Source: Eledone cirrhosa (Eukaryota). From it: 64,000 nt of DNA. The translations under genes were made by a program, and so were the position numbers. The notes under the pieces were generated by a model. The model ran no database searches. It worked only from the letters and a program-made list of their open reading frames with translations, and was not told where the DNA came from. Below are positions 13,560 through 27,040 of this stretch, in pieces. The stretch lies in assembly GCA_964016885.1 (NCBI GenBank), contig OZ024746.1, forward strand, positions 8,928,001 through 8,992,000, in the 5' to 3' direction. Each line of letters starts with the position of its first letter. The stretch's first letter is position 1.

Positions 13560-14067
13560 CGCGGGGCATCTGATTCCTTACCAGTCTCTAGCTTCATGTT
13601 ATCTAACCCAATTTCATCCAACTATAATTAAAAAAAAAAAGAATGTTTTTCAACATTGACCTACACGTTTTTCTTTGTTTTGCTTTTGTATTTGTTTTTG
13701 TGTTTGTTGTGAATATATAAAGCAAAAATAGAATATCGTAAGATTAACAGAGAAGGGAGAGAAACGGAAGAGCGTGGAACTGATATTGTTTAATCAGTTC
13801 TTGATCCTCAACATATCAGTCCGCTCACATTCGCCATGTTCTTTGGGTTTTGTTTAGACAGATTTTATTTCATAATAGATAACAAGACGTTGGTAAACCC
13901 TCTATCAACTCTCCTCTATATTGTGAGGAAAGGGACGTTAAGAATTACTTAAAATGAACCACACAAGGGGTAGCGATGATAAAGAAGAGGGAGTGGTTGA
14001 GAGAGAGAGAGAGAAAGAAAGACAGGGAGAGAATGAGAGAGAGAGAGAGAGAGAGAGACAGGGAGAG

Positions 14068-14136
<69 letters not shown>

Positions 14137-14682
14137 CACAATCAGCTGATGCCTTCCTACACATCTGATTTCTTCCAGAAAGAGAGATCGGGGGAGGGGA
14201 TGAGAAAGAGAGGAGAGGAGGGAGTGAGATCGAGATATGAAGAAGGAATGGACCACAATCCTGGATTCATGCTCTCTCTATTGACCTTCGAAAGATGAAA
14301 GTCAAAGTTGATATCAGAGAATGACGGGCTCTGCTATTACTCATTCACAGAGCTTTCAATTATGTTTCTTATACTTAGAGAAGACCTTACTAATGGCACT
14401 CTAAGCTAGGTTTACCTGTTACAGTTTAATTGCTATAAATTAATGTTTTGTCTCTTACGCCACCGGACAGTGTTTGGCTTCTGTCAGACGCTGTGACCCT
14501 CTGTGTACTAGCAGTACCGTTGGTAGGGGTCGAAACTACCAAAGCCCACCTCAACGGCCGATGACGCTGGAGTTCTGTGTCTTTCGTTTGTATTATCATT
14601 AAAAAGGTTATCCTTAAATTGTCTTTTGTTTTGCCTCGTTTTCGTTCGCTGTCTTGTCCTCTCTGTTCATTTTCCAAAGTTT

Positions 14683-14738
<56 letters not shown>

Positions 14739-14743
<5 letters not shown>

Positions 14744-14933
14744 AAAACCACAGACCCTCCATCACAACTCTACTTTTGAAAAGCAGAAGAACTGTGAAAC
14801 CGGTAAAGGAACCAAATAAATATATATTTTTTTTAAATAATACTCCAGTTGCATTTTCGATTTCATCTTTTTTCCTTATACTTCACTCGTGTAGGACACC
14901 TCGATTATTTTTCATTTTGTAAAAAAACCTCAC
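14739..14933 (+). mobile_element. Family C mini-element (single arm with tail) in (TA)n
   Basis: Matches 29878-30236 and 24758-25190; contains ctt-TTGAAAA-gcag-aagaa-ctgt-GAAA-ccgg-TA-aag. Confidence 0.85.
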
Positions 14934-15391
<458 letters not shown>

Positions 15392-15885
15392 ATATATATA
15401 TATATGTGCGCGTGCGCGTGTATGTGTGTATGTGTGTATACATATTAAAACATGCGTACATAATATTGGTTTCAAATCTTTCTCAATCCTATATGACCAG
15501 AATACAAATCGTCCGTTATGGAACCGGCACTCTCATATTTCCTGAACACTATTAATCCTTCTCCTAGCCGCTGCACCATTAATGAACATCTTCGTTATTT
15601 CAGTTAAGTTTATTAAGTAAATATTTCTAACAAGCTACACATATTATACAGAGATGTTATAAATTGACCGATATTTCTGAAATGAAAATTTGTGAATCTA
15701 AACTTAATTTATATGGGAATAGTTTAAAGTACATTTGCTCGGATAATATCAAATCACACAATTGTTGTTGACAATGCTCTTATAAACCAAACTAATACAG
15801 CATCTATATACTTACACACGCACGCATGACACACTCACATACACACATACACATATATATATATCTTTCTTTATATATATATATA

Positions 15886-16010
15886 GGAAAAGTATGACCC
15901 CGACGGCAGAGCTCAAGCCGTTTCGACGGCTATTTCCCACTCTACTACCCTAAGTATTGAGTGCTCTGGTGCGTTATGGTCCATCTGGTTCCTTACCACA
16001 ATTCCTTTGT

Positions 16011-16011
<1 letters not shown>
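15886..16011. mobile_element. Family B mini-element (inverted arm fused to tail)
   Basis: ggaaaagtatgaccccgacggcagagctcaagccgtttcgacggctattt joined to cccactctactaccctaagtattgag...ttccttaccacaattcctttgt; TA flanks. Confidence 0.85.
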
Positions 16012-16042
<31 letters not shown>

Positions 16043-16183
16043 CATAATGTCCGTATGTATATATACGTATGTATATACACTATCAGCAGAAAATCACATA
16101 CGACGAACGATAGTTTTATGCTACCTCATCAGCCACTTTATTAGCAGGGCGGGTTTGCGCATTCATGTGATACTGAGAAACAT

Positions 16184-16234
<51 letters not shown>

Positions 16235-16297
16235 AGCATATTTGTACATAAGTATATATGCATGTTGTGTAAGTATATAAACATCTATGTGAGTATG

Positions 16298-16329
<32 letters not shown>

Positions 16330-16760
16330 TGATATATGTATGTATGTATGTATGTATGTATATGTAATTAAAGAAAAGCTTTTCTTCTAAACATGTTATA
16401 TTGAAGATACAACTGTGCTCCAGTTTGATCATTTCGAGATCATATCTATCATATTTCCTTAAACATAATATTGATTTTCAAGCAGTAGCTTTCCTAAATC
16501 AGAGTGTATTAACTCTTGGGGACCTTCAGGGCTTCATCTTCTAAAAACGAATGGTCTTACTAGTGGCGTATTTAATTAGATGTTTAGCAGTGGTTGTGTC
16601 ATGGGAAAGGTGGGACATTGTAGATCTGGATTTTAAATCTCTCAACAGTTAAGCATGTCAGTCTTTATAATTGGCACCGTGTGTTGATCATTGCTTCGTT
16701 TCCCTATATTAGTAGAGCATCCATATTTTTCGCCAATATATATATAATATAAATTATATA

Positions 16761-16990
16761 TAGTTATGTAATAAACAACATAAGACAATTATTCCATTTA
16801 CCAAAGGTTTCACGAAGACAGAGGAGCTCGACATCAGAGCGATTTCAGACATCTGTGTTGAGGTCGTCTGTCTTCGTGAAACCTTTGATAAATGGAATAA
16901 TTGTCCTATGTTGTTTATTACATAACTAAATAGCTCTGTAGCCTACATAGAGCACTCTCCTTTCCTTTACCTTTCCTAGAGAAACACTTA
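16761..16990. mobile_element. Family E fold-back element; related copy at 29589-29820
   Basis: 16761-16831 is the reverse complement of ~16857-16928; GAAAcctttggTA hammerhead 3' half; the tail atagctctg..tacatagagcactct also occurs inverted at ~29618-29655. Confidence 0.7.
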
Positions 16991-17004
16991 AAATATATAT
17001 ATGA

Positions 17005-17050
<46 letters not shown>

Positions 17051-17053
<3 letters not shown>

Positions 17054-17200
17054 AAAAGGGTACGTCAAAGCTATTTATAAAACTGTTATATATTGTATTT
17101 TGTCTGATGAAGGCATACCATAATTTAATGTGGTATCCCTGAAATATGTATAATGAAATAAATATGGTTTTATAAATATAGTTTCCATTTATTAATATCG

Positions 17201-17201
<1 letters not shown>
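17051..17201 (+). mobile_element. Family A copy with hammerhead at 17096-17160
   Basis: tattttgt-CTGATGA-agg-c-ataccata-atttaa-tgtggtat-c-cct-GAAA-tatgta-TA-atgaaata. Confidence 0.85.
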
Positions 17202-17247
<46 letters not shown>

Positions 17248-17575
17248 ATACCTAATTGTGTATGGTTGACGGTATATTTAATTGATTTCCACGTGCTATT
17301 GAAATGTTGGGTAAATATTCTATGGCGGTTGGTCGCGAATAGATTGGTGTCGTTTATTTATCTACTATTTCTTCATAGGTGCCTTTTAATTTTATAGCCT
17401 GGTCTAATCGATGTTTTGTGTGGTTAATTATGCTAATTGGGAGAGGAAATGGTGTATATATATTATCAAATGATTCAATTGACATACTGTATTGTATATA
17501 TATATAAACGCGTGTAAAAATATTTTACTAGGTGCATATTTTCCGGAAAATTTTACATATTTTCAGTTTCAATGA

Positions 17576-17761
17576 TTGTTTCTACTTTTGGCACAAGGCC
17601 AGCAATTACCCAGTACATTACTGGTACTTTCTTTTATCGATCCTGGATGGATGAAAGGCAAAGTTAACCTCAACGGGATTTGAACTCAGACTGTAAAGGG
17701 AGGTAACTATGCTAGAAATCATGGCGTTCAGCCCTCTACCGATACTGCCATTTCACCTCCC
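17576..17761 (-). mobile_element. tRNA-derived SINE
   Basis: Reverse complement of the SINE consensus. Confidence 0.9.
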
Positions 17762-18185
17762 AATAATGTTATGTTGTTGTAATTTAGCCGTTTCTGTTCT
17801 GATATTGTGAAGCTCGGATTTTCAAGTAGTTCTGTAACATAGTTTTCCAATAATTACAGATATGATCTAAATACTATAGTATCGATCAAATGTATCTGCA
17901 AATTACTCAGTTCGGCATAGATACTTTATTTTACATTAATCTGTAAGGTGATGTTAATTAACAGCTTCTGAACAACTAACCCCCATACTCTACAATTTCC
18001 TTTCCATCTTTGATAATTATACGTGGTCTAGTATGCTGACAATTTACTATGGACGTGACAGGCATATCCCTCCAACATTCCTTCATATTATGCAGAACTC
18101 CACCTTCCACACCACTGGACTATCTTTTTCAATGGATTGCAATGTACAAGGATTTGGCCACAACAATGACATTTTCAGATACTGC

Positions 18186-18187
<2 letters not shown>

Positions 18188-18216
<29 letters not shown>

Positions 18217-18340
18217 TGTATGTATGTATGTATGTATGTATGTATGTATGTATGTATGTATGTATGTATGTGTGTATGTATGTTTGTGTGTATGTTTGTG
18301 TGTATGTATGTACGTATGTATGTATATATGTATGTATGTA
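18188..18340. repeat. (TATG)n microsatellite; a similar tract lies at 19620-19722
   Basis: Seen directly. Confidence 0.95.
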
Positions 18341-18372
18341 TTTGCAGAAATACAATCTGCATTATTGTTAAA

Positions 18373-18586
18373 GCAGTCAATTGGCAACATCGTTAGTTTG
18401 TCGGAGAAAAGGCTTTATGGAATTTAGATACGACTCTTTATATCCTGAGTTCAATTCAATGGATTTCAACTTTGCCATTCATTCTTCCGAGGCCGTTAAA
18501 TAAAAATATATAATCGGCGAAGTATATAATCGGCGTTTACTGCCTCCTCCCACAAATTACTGGCCTTTTGCTTAAATTAGAAACCA
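18373..18586 (+). mobile_element. Older SINE subfamily copy (longer 3' part)
   Basis: attggcaacatcgttag...ctgagttcaa...aactttgccattcattcttccgaggccg...aattactggccttttgcttaaattagaaacc; resembles 62849-63070. Confidence 0.7.
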
Positions 18587-19115
18587 TTAGAAACCATTAT
18601 TGGAAGAAAAACATCTGAGCATATTGTTAAGATCTTTAAAAAAATCAAGAAAAAGTTTCGGTTCTCATACAGTATTGCTTCATTTATATACGGCATAAAG
18701 AAAGGCAAATTCTCATATTCGAATGGTTCCTCCGCCTAAACTCTCATGCTGCATGTCGATTTAGAAAATAAATTGCCAGCAAGTATTTATTTTTTAGTGT
18801 TGTTATATTCTCGATGTTTATTATTATTTTGTTTTTGCTTCTGTTGTTGCTCCTGTTGCTGTTGTTAGTGTTTGCAATATGTTTAATGCAAAAGTTTGCA
18901 ATGGGTCAAAGGATCCAGCACATTCTTTCTACCCTGTTTGCATAATTGTAGTTAACACTGTTAATAATACTTCGAATCAGACGTATATTCTTTAACGGAT
19001 CGGCTTTTATTACTGTTTGCAAATGTAAAAGCAAATGTACGAATGCAAAATGATTCTATATTCGACTACCAGTGATCGTAAGAAACCGTAATTAATTTAG
19101 ATATATACATGTGTT

Positions 19116-19176
<61 letters not shown>

Positions 19177-19298
19177 GTGTGTGAGTGTATTACGAATTGG
19201 CTCACTTTAGTTGAGGAATGGTTTTTGATATTCATATGGTTAACCATATTTGACTAGCGTATGGTTTCAAGCAAACTTACAAACACATAAATATACAC

Positions 19299-19374
<76 letters not shown>

Positions 19375-19726
19375 GTATATATATATAAGGGGAGAGAGTG
19401 AAAGATTTGAAAGTATTTGATCATACATTACATGTCGATTAAGAGGTTCTTTTCTAAAACGGTAGAACTATTAGCGCGAAATGCGTGAAAAATGCTTTCT
19501 TGTTTTGTGAATATATATGAATGGGTTTGTAATGAGGTCGAGTTTCTTTCTTCCTTTCGGTCTCGTTCTCCGATTTCTTCAGCCCTACCGCTTACTCTTT
19601 CTCTTTATCGATTGATTTATGTATGTATGTATGTATGTATGTATGTATGTATGTATGTATGTATGTATGTATGTATGTATGTATGTATGTATGTATGTAT
19701 GTATGTACGTATGTATGTATGTATGG

Positions 19727-19768
<42 letters not shown>

Positions 19769-20265
19769 ACACATATATATATATGCCCTGTGGTCACAAA
19801 AAACACCGAGCCTTTATCTTAATAATTGACTAAAATGTGAGAACGAGAAGCATGCACCGAAAGCATAAAACGCAAGGTATATATGAAATATATGTTGGGG
19901 TTATTTTCTTAATACTTACACCAAAAATTAATGTGCCATCATGCTCCCATCTTTGAATTCGTGCAAACAATTCAGCATTATGTTTCTAACTGTAGTTTTC
20001 TGCATAGAAAGTGATAATATGCGAAAGCGTTTGATTTCATACACATAAACTAAGAATTGGTGAGTTTATTCAAACTCGTGTGAAACCATGCAAGTATAGG
20101 TTATTTAAACCCATTGGCGCACACATATACATATATACGCACACACACATATATATATACACACACACACACATATATATATACATTCATGCATCCTTGC
20201 ATAAATACATAAATACATACATACATGCATATCCATATATACTCACACATATGTTATATAGTTAG

Positions 20266-20322
<57 letters not shown>

Positions 20323-20325
<3 letters not shown>

Positions 20326-20447
20326 GTAAAAAAACATAAAACGAAAACAATAACGGAGAGTGTAGTACAAACAGTGTTGGTATTAAGTTCACGATTGAGA
20401 GTGAGAGGTGGGGCATGACGTTTCGGGCATAAGCCCTTCATAAGGGG
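20323..20447 (-). mobile_element. Family F pLTR-like fragment with minimal hammerhead (G5 mutated)
   Basis: Minus strand: CTtATGA-a-gggc-ttat-gccc-GAAA-cg-TC; starts at a (TA)n tract. Confidence 0.6.
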
Positions 20448-20889
20448 AAAAGTGGGAAGGAAAACAGTTCTGAGGGTGTGAGGGGGAGTGGTGAAAATAC
20501 ATTAAAAGGGGGGGGGATTAAATTGAGGGAAAAGAATTAAAATGAAAACAAGTAGTGAAAGGGTGTAAGGCGTGTAGAGGTGGTGGTGGGTGGATGGAGG
20601 GGGGGGGGGGAGTACAGGGGCTCATATATATATACATATATACACATATACATACATACATATATATAAATATACATACATGAATATATGTTTATATATA
20701 TATGTGTATTTGTGTGTGTAATCATTAGGTAATTTTGAAATATGTTCGTCCTAACGTGAATTTCTGTAACAAATGATCACCATAAATAATATTTATAGCG
20801 ACCGTATTGATCTTTCTGTTCGTGATCTTATTCTTACGGTGATTAACTAATACGCATGACCACAGTTAGGGATGATCAGTTGCTGAAGC

Positions 20890-21530
20890 TGGCGCATTAC
20901 TGCAAGAGCCCCTGCAATTACTGCACTTTATCTAGTCCCATATCGTCTATCATTCGTGAAAAGGTGACGAGATAATTGAGCTACCCCATCTGCTTCAGTG
21001 GAACTCAACACCTGCAGGATACACTGCACAGGCTTCCTTGCCAGGAAGCGTATCTCAGATTTCGCAGCACTGATTTTCATTCCTGCTGCGCACCTCTTGG
21101 CAGCCACCAATCAAGTGGATGTTTCCCACTTGTTAAGTAATACCATGCCACCTAAAAATTCGATCCGACTGATCCTACACACTCCAGTCTTAACCCCAAT
21201 TTCATCCTGGTTGTGCATGTCAATCCTGTCATGAAGATTATGAACAGGCGAGGTTAACACTACACATCCTTAGCGGAGTCCCATATCTATATTGAATAAT
21301 TATATAACAATTTCAAACTGACAATCTTTTCTAAGGAGCTGATATTGTAGTTATTGTGCCTGAAACAGTGTTAGGTCATATAGACGTCATCATTCACTAA
21401 AGAGACAGCCATTCCATAAGGAAAATCCCTCTTATATGACTGATTTACTCAAAATAACCAAACGTGAATTTTCTCCATTTTGTCTTAGGGAATATGAGAC
21501 ATATCTTTGGCTTTTTTAAATTGAAATTAT
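20890..21530 (-). pseudogene. Degenerate RTE-clade (Expander-like) LINE reverse transcriptase fragment
   Basis: Minus strand gives GLR*GC..L..LFIIFM.RID (RT motif B') and CAAGMKISAAKSE..LARKPVQCILQV, matching the RTE pattern CEAAGMRISTSKSE.MVL.RK...C.LQV; frameshifted. Confidence 0.75.
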
Positions 21531-21629
21531 TCCTAACTTTATTATTTCTTGAAAGGGAAATTCCACCAGGTAAGCCTATTGTAATTAAAGTCTAGTGTAG
21601 GTTAGTCTAAAGTTTATCTCAAGCTAGGA

Positions 21630-21720
21630 GGCTTGTTATGCTGGTGCTTATCCTAGTTTCATGGCAAGATGCGACTGAGAGTACAAGACTCTCCCTCTAT
21701 CTTTGACAGGATGCCAGTCC
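21630..21720 (-). mobile_element. Fragment of a different SINE (V-domain-like 3' region)
   Basis: Minus strand ggactggcatcctgtc...ctctcagtcgcatcttgccatgaaactaggataagcaccagc resembles a widespread metazoan SINE body; recognised from memory only. Confidence 0.45.
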
Positions 21721-22746
21721 AGAATATATCAATAGCTATTTTGAATTCAGCGCCGTAACTATACATAGAACTAAATTCAGTATATCTAAAGTTAGATACC
21801 GAAAACCACATATATGTCTTTCAACAACACCCATAAATGGGTTTGATATCACCTAGTATGCATATATAGAATGATGTCTAATTCTTTACGTTTTTTATTT
21901 GAAAACAGTATCACCGAGCAGGAACCTATTTCTCAGATAGCACAGGCGTTATTAATTCATAATTTGGAGAAAAATGTGTTGAAAGCTTTAGAAAAATTAA
22001 TTGTGTCCTTGACAATGTGTTTATACTAACAATTAAATCTCATCCTTAAAGCTGTTAAAATGTCTCTAGAGAAACAATAAATACTCTTATATGATCCTGA
22101 AAATGCTATGGAAATGCAATTTTGTTATATGACAAAACATAGTCAGACTATTCCACTGCTTAGTTTAGAGTAGCTTTGCCAAGAGGAGAAATATAAAAAG
22201 AAGAAGAATAGAAACAATATATATACGTACGAAGAAAAATGGCAGCAAAGCATAGGAAAAGATGATGATGAGAGGAAGATATTTATTGGGCAGTGTAAAC
22301 CTACTTTTTGTTAGGTGTTAAAAAGACCCACATGCTAAGACTTAATAAAAATATGAGGAAACCCCCAAAAGGTGGAGGGCGAACAATACAAAAACAACAG
22401 AAAACAAACAGTGCCTTCTTATCAGTCAACCACAAAATCACTATTGTTTCAGTGTATTAAGACTAATATTATTCATTCCAGCGTACAATGGAACAGGGAG
22501 ATGCAGGACAAGTTGTGCCTTTCGGCGAAATACTCAATTAAAGACAAACAAATGCTATAATCCAATGTACTTAAACTGCAAAGGAAGCTATAGAAACGCA
22601 ATGTGCTCTAGCTTAGCCAAAAGGAGAACATTTCGTACATTTTTTGTTTACATTGAAATTTGTTCTGCGGATTACAAAACTGTGTTTGCGTGTTAATGAG
22701 ATTTTTTGGCATTGTTGTAATAATTTGGATCGACGCATAGTCGATA

Positions 22747-22961
22747 GGAAAATAGTCAGAACCCCGACGACAGAGCTCAAGCCGTTTCGACAGCTATTTC
22801 TGGAATAAAGTAAATTTTATTTAGTCCAGAAATAGCTGTCGAAACGGCATGAGCTCTGCCGTCGGGGTTCTGACTATTTTCCTATTACCCACTCTACTAC
22901 TCAAAGTATCGAGTACTCTGGTGCGTTATGGTCCACCTGGTTCCTTACCACCCTTCCATCG

Positions 22962-22963
<2 letters not shown>
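22747..22963. mobile_element. Family B fold-back element with tail
   Basis: ggaaaatagtcagaaccccgac..gagctc..gccgtttcgacagctatttctgga / reverse complement, then tail acccactctactac...cttccatcgt-(TA)n. Confidence 0.85.
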
Positions 22964-23049
<86 letters not shown>

Positions 23050-23097
23050 GGAGAGATAGATAGATATGCAAATATATGTTTCTGTAGTGTATGTATG

Positions 23098-23194
<97 letters not shown>

Positions 23195-23560
23195 GTGTGT
23201 ATGTGTGTGTCTCTGTGGTGGGAGTGTTTCCGTATGTAAGTATGTATATGCCGCATGAAGATTTAAAAGGATCCCCTCCGGTATTCTCCAAGTTTCCCAT
23301 CCGATGACTTGAAAACGTGTTGGCTATCTGAAATATTTCGGAATCAATAAATATTACCAAGGCAACACAATCTTTGGATTCACGTTTTTTGCTTCTTTTT
23401 CCGTTTCTTTGCATTTAATCTCATCTCACGTTTGTGCCACACCAATTGTGTTACTCCAATTTTTGCTTCACGATCTGCATTGCAGGGATTTCCAAATATG
23501 CCCCCTTTTCCTATCCCACGATGCTTCAAGCAAATTTTATGTATATATATATATATATAT

Positions 23561-23788
23561 ACGATATTAACAAATGGAAACTATATTTATAAAACCATAT
23601 TTATTTCATTATACATATTTCAAGGACACCAAGTTAAATTATGGCGTGCTTTCATCAGATTAAATATAATATACAGCAATTTCCATTTGTTAATATCGTA
23701 TTTTTACTCCAATTATTTGTTGAGTGCTTTATATCAGTCATAAAAATATTTGCTTGTTGTATCCCAACAATTTAAATAGAACTTTTAC
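23561..23788. mobile_element. Family A copy: minus-strand arm with hammerhead plus inverted tail
   Basis: Minus strand: tatttaat-CTGATGA-aag-c-acgcca..tggtgt-c-ctt-GAAA-tatgta-TA-atgaaata; plus-strand tail from ~23680. Confidence 0.8.
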
Positions 23789-23873
<85 letters not shown>

Positions 23874-23874
23874 T

Positions 23875-23980
23875 GATAAGGGTAAACATAAATAACAACA
23901 CAATCGGTACAGTATGTGGAAGGGATATATTAGGTTAACGCTTGATATAGCAGGAAGAGGCTTTTAACGTTTCGGACGTT
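23875..23980 (-). mobile_element. Family G fragment (copy of 53673-53797)
   Basis: cagtatgtggaagggatatattaggttaacgcttgatatagcaggaaga..ttaacgtttcg is the reverse complement of the 53.7-kb copy. Confidence 0.8.
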
Positions 23981-24245
23981 AAATGAAAGAAGAAAGAATG
24001 AGAAATAAGAGAGATTGAGGGGACGAGTGGGTTGGAACTTGAATAAATGTTTTTAGATAACAATAACAGGTCCATTCAGGTTGACATCTCTTGTAAAAAA
24101 AAAAAAAGACTATATATATATGTATATGTATACATATATATATTTATATATATATATATAAATCAGGACGGTTTCAGTTTGAAAAGGGTTAGACTATTAC
24201 TCAACAGAGTACTCAATAGTTGGTTATATTATTAAGAGTCGAGAT

Positions 24246-24336
24246 CTCTACGGCTGAGCTCTTGCCATTTCAACAGCTAGTTCTTGGAAATGACTATTGA
24301 AACGGCAAGATCTCAGCCGTCGGCGGGGTCTCGACT
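24246..24336. mobile_element. Diverged family B palindrome
   Basis: cggctgagctcttgccatttcaacagcta...actattgaaacggcaagatctcagccgtcg. Confidence 0.65.
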
Positions 24337-24369
24337 CTGTATCATATATATGTATATATATATATATAC

Positions 24370-24455
<86 letters not shown>

Positions 24456-24565
24456 TACTGGCAGGTTTAGCTACCCCTTCCCCCACCAACTTGCCATCAC
24501 AGATTTACTACTAACTTGTGATGTGACTAATCCTGGTGATTATCTCTTTGACCATATATGGAATT

Positions 24566-24660
24566 ACCCCTTGATAAGTTCGGCTATTTAAATACCAGAA
24601 TCAATTTTTCATTCAGTACAGAATTAGCCGTCGAAACGGCTTGAGCTCAGCCGTCGGGGT
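24566..24660 (+). ncRNA. Type I hammerhead ribozyme, U3-A8 variant, long helix II (family B; element 24453-24672)
   Basis: Helix I ACCCC/GGGGT; core TTGATAA; helix II g..cggctattt...aattagccg.c; GAAA; helix III cggct-tgagctc-agccg; GUC triplet. Confidence 0.72.
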
Positions 24661-24678
24661 CTTACTTGTTCCTATATA

Positions 24679-24757
<79 letters not shown>

Positions 24758-24761
<4 letters not shown>

Positions 24762-25184
24762 AAAAAGAGATGAAATCGAAAATGCAACTGAAGTCTTATT
24801 TTTTAAAAATATATATATATTTAATTGGTTCCTTTACCGGTTTCGCAGTTCTTCTGCTTTTCAAAATGACATACCAATCAAATTACTTCTCGAAAAACCT
24901 GGCTTTCGAGCCACTTTTTCCATATAAAACAAGTAACATTTAGAGACCAACCAGATGTGAGAAAAACCACAGACCCTCCATCTCAACTCACCTTTTGAAA
25001 AGCAGAAGAACTGCGAAACCGGTAAAGGAACCAAATAAATATATATATTTAAAAAAAAAAAAAGATTTCAGTTGCATTTTCGATTTCATCTCTTTTTCTT
25101 TATATATATATATATATATATAACCGAGGTGTCCTACTCGTGTAGGACACCTCGGTTATTTTTCATTTTGTAAAAAAACCTCAC

Positions 25185-25190
<6 letters not shown>
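24758..25190. mobile_element. Family C fold-back element with internal spacer and detached tail
   Basis: Minus arm 24758-24865, plus arm 24955-25101, short TA run, then tail with its own hairpin taaccgaggtgtcctac-tcgt-gtaggacacctcggtta. Confidence 0.85.
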
Positions 25191-25270
<80 letters not shown>

Positions 25271-25273
<3 letters not shown>

Positions 25274-25389
25274 TAAACGGAATAGAAAATGCTGACAAAT
25301 TGTTCACAGTTGAAAAATGGTTTAATTAGGAATAAAAGAGTATTTCGCTGGTGGCTATTGTCGCAGCATCGAACACCTTACTACTACTA

Positions 25390-25433
<44 letters not shown>

Positions 25434-25948
25434 TTGTTGTGAAAGAGTCATGTCTCAATCTTGGCGCAAAACCAATTTTTTATCCACATGACCTCTACCG
25501 ACCAATCAAAATTGTTTTGACCATAATTTTTGCTGGAGCCACTTTTCTAACATTTTAACATAAAAACAGTCTTGGCGCAAAATCAACTTTTTACATTCAC
25601 ATGACCTCTACCGACCATTCAAAATTGTTTTGACCACAAGCATTTTTGCAACACAAAAATAACGCTGGAGCCATTTTTTTAACATAAAAACAGGTAGAAT
25701 TCCCAAAACTAATCAGATCAGAGCAAACAGCACGGACACTCTATCTCAAAATTATTTTTGAAAAGCATTTAGAAATGCGCAACCGGTAAAAACTTAAAAA
25801 CTTTAAACCACAACTGAATACTAACCCATACAATCACTAATACTCTTTTATTCCTAATTAAACCATTTTTCAACTGTGAACAATTTGTCAGCATTTTCTA
25901 TTCCGTTTACCAATATATAATAACTTGTGTGTTACACCTCTATTCTTT

Positions 25949-25950
<2 letters not shown>
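25271..25950 (+). mobile_element. Family I element: ~74-bp inverted arm, internal tandem duplication, hammerhead at 25755-25792, tail
   Basis: 25271-25344 is the reverse complement of ~25839-25912; ttt-TTGAAAA-gcattt-ag-aaatgc-GcAA-ccgg-TA-aaa. Confidence 0.75.
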
Positions 25951-26004
<54 letters not shown>

Positions 26005-26061
26005 CATATATATATATATATATATAATATAAAATCAAAAAATGGTTAAACGAGTTCCATG

Positions 26062-26132
26062 TATTTTATTATGCGCATTTCAAAAACAAATATCATCATG
26101 AGATGATATTTGCGTTCTCATCAGATAAAATA
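26062..26132 (-). ncRNA. Type I hammerhead ribozyme, apparently intact
   Basis: Minus strand: tattttat-CTGATGA-gaacgcaaatatcatc-tcat-gatgatatttgttttt-GAAA-tgcgca-TA-ataaaata; perfect 8-bp helix I, long helix II, palindromic helix III. Confidence 0.85.
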
Positions 26133-26432
26133 GGGAGACATGATAGGAAGCTTAAAAAACACTTGCGAGCAGTGAAGTGTTAAATCAACATATGAAAAAT
26201 AAAATAAGATGGATATATGAGATTGGAAAAAAGGAAAGGAAGGGGGAAGGGAAAGGTAAGGAAGAGGAAGAAATAATATAATAAGAAAAAAAAATAATAA
26301 GGAAAGGATGACGGAGGAGGAGTATAAGAAGGAAGGATGAGAGTGGAGCAGAAAATGAGTGAGTTAGAGAGAGATAACCTTTAATACTGAGAAACACTGC
26401 TTTATTGTGCTACAATAAAACTCACCTTCTAC

Positions 26433-26464
<32 letters not shown>

Positions 26465-26471
<7 letters not shown>

Positions 26472-27040
26472 CAATATGTTGAAAAAGGTAACACACTAGA
26501 GAGAGATACAGTGCGCTATAAATAAAACAGAGAAAAACCACCAGTGTATGGAATATATAACCTATGAAAGGCAGAGTATAGACACGATAATTAAAAATAT
26601 AAATTAAAGCGTAAATAAATACCTCTATAACTATATAACATACGTACAAACCCAAAGTGATCTATTTCGCCAGTAAGTTGTTGACAGAAATGAAATAACC
26701 CAGGTTCATCAGCGTGTGTAAGGCTATACATTTCAGACAACACTAAGAGTATCTTTAAAGCGACCGTCCATCTACACGTGGGAGAGAGAAGTCACAGCGT
26801 GTTTAAAGGCAGTGAACCGGTGGCCTCTGAGGGACGAGCTGCTAGAAAGGGCAGCCCAAAACCACTCAGATAAGTGTGCTCAACCAAACAAAGTGAGAGG
26901 AAAGACTATTATAAGGAGCGAAATATCACGATACATTAATGGAGCCATAGACTCTCGCCGTTCCCTGTAAATAATCTGCTCAAAGGAGAGGAATCCTGAG
27001 CACTTTAAAATACAATATTTTGAAAAGGTAACACACTATC

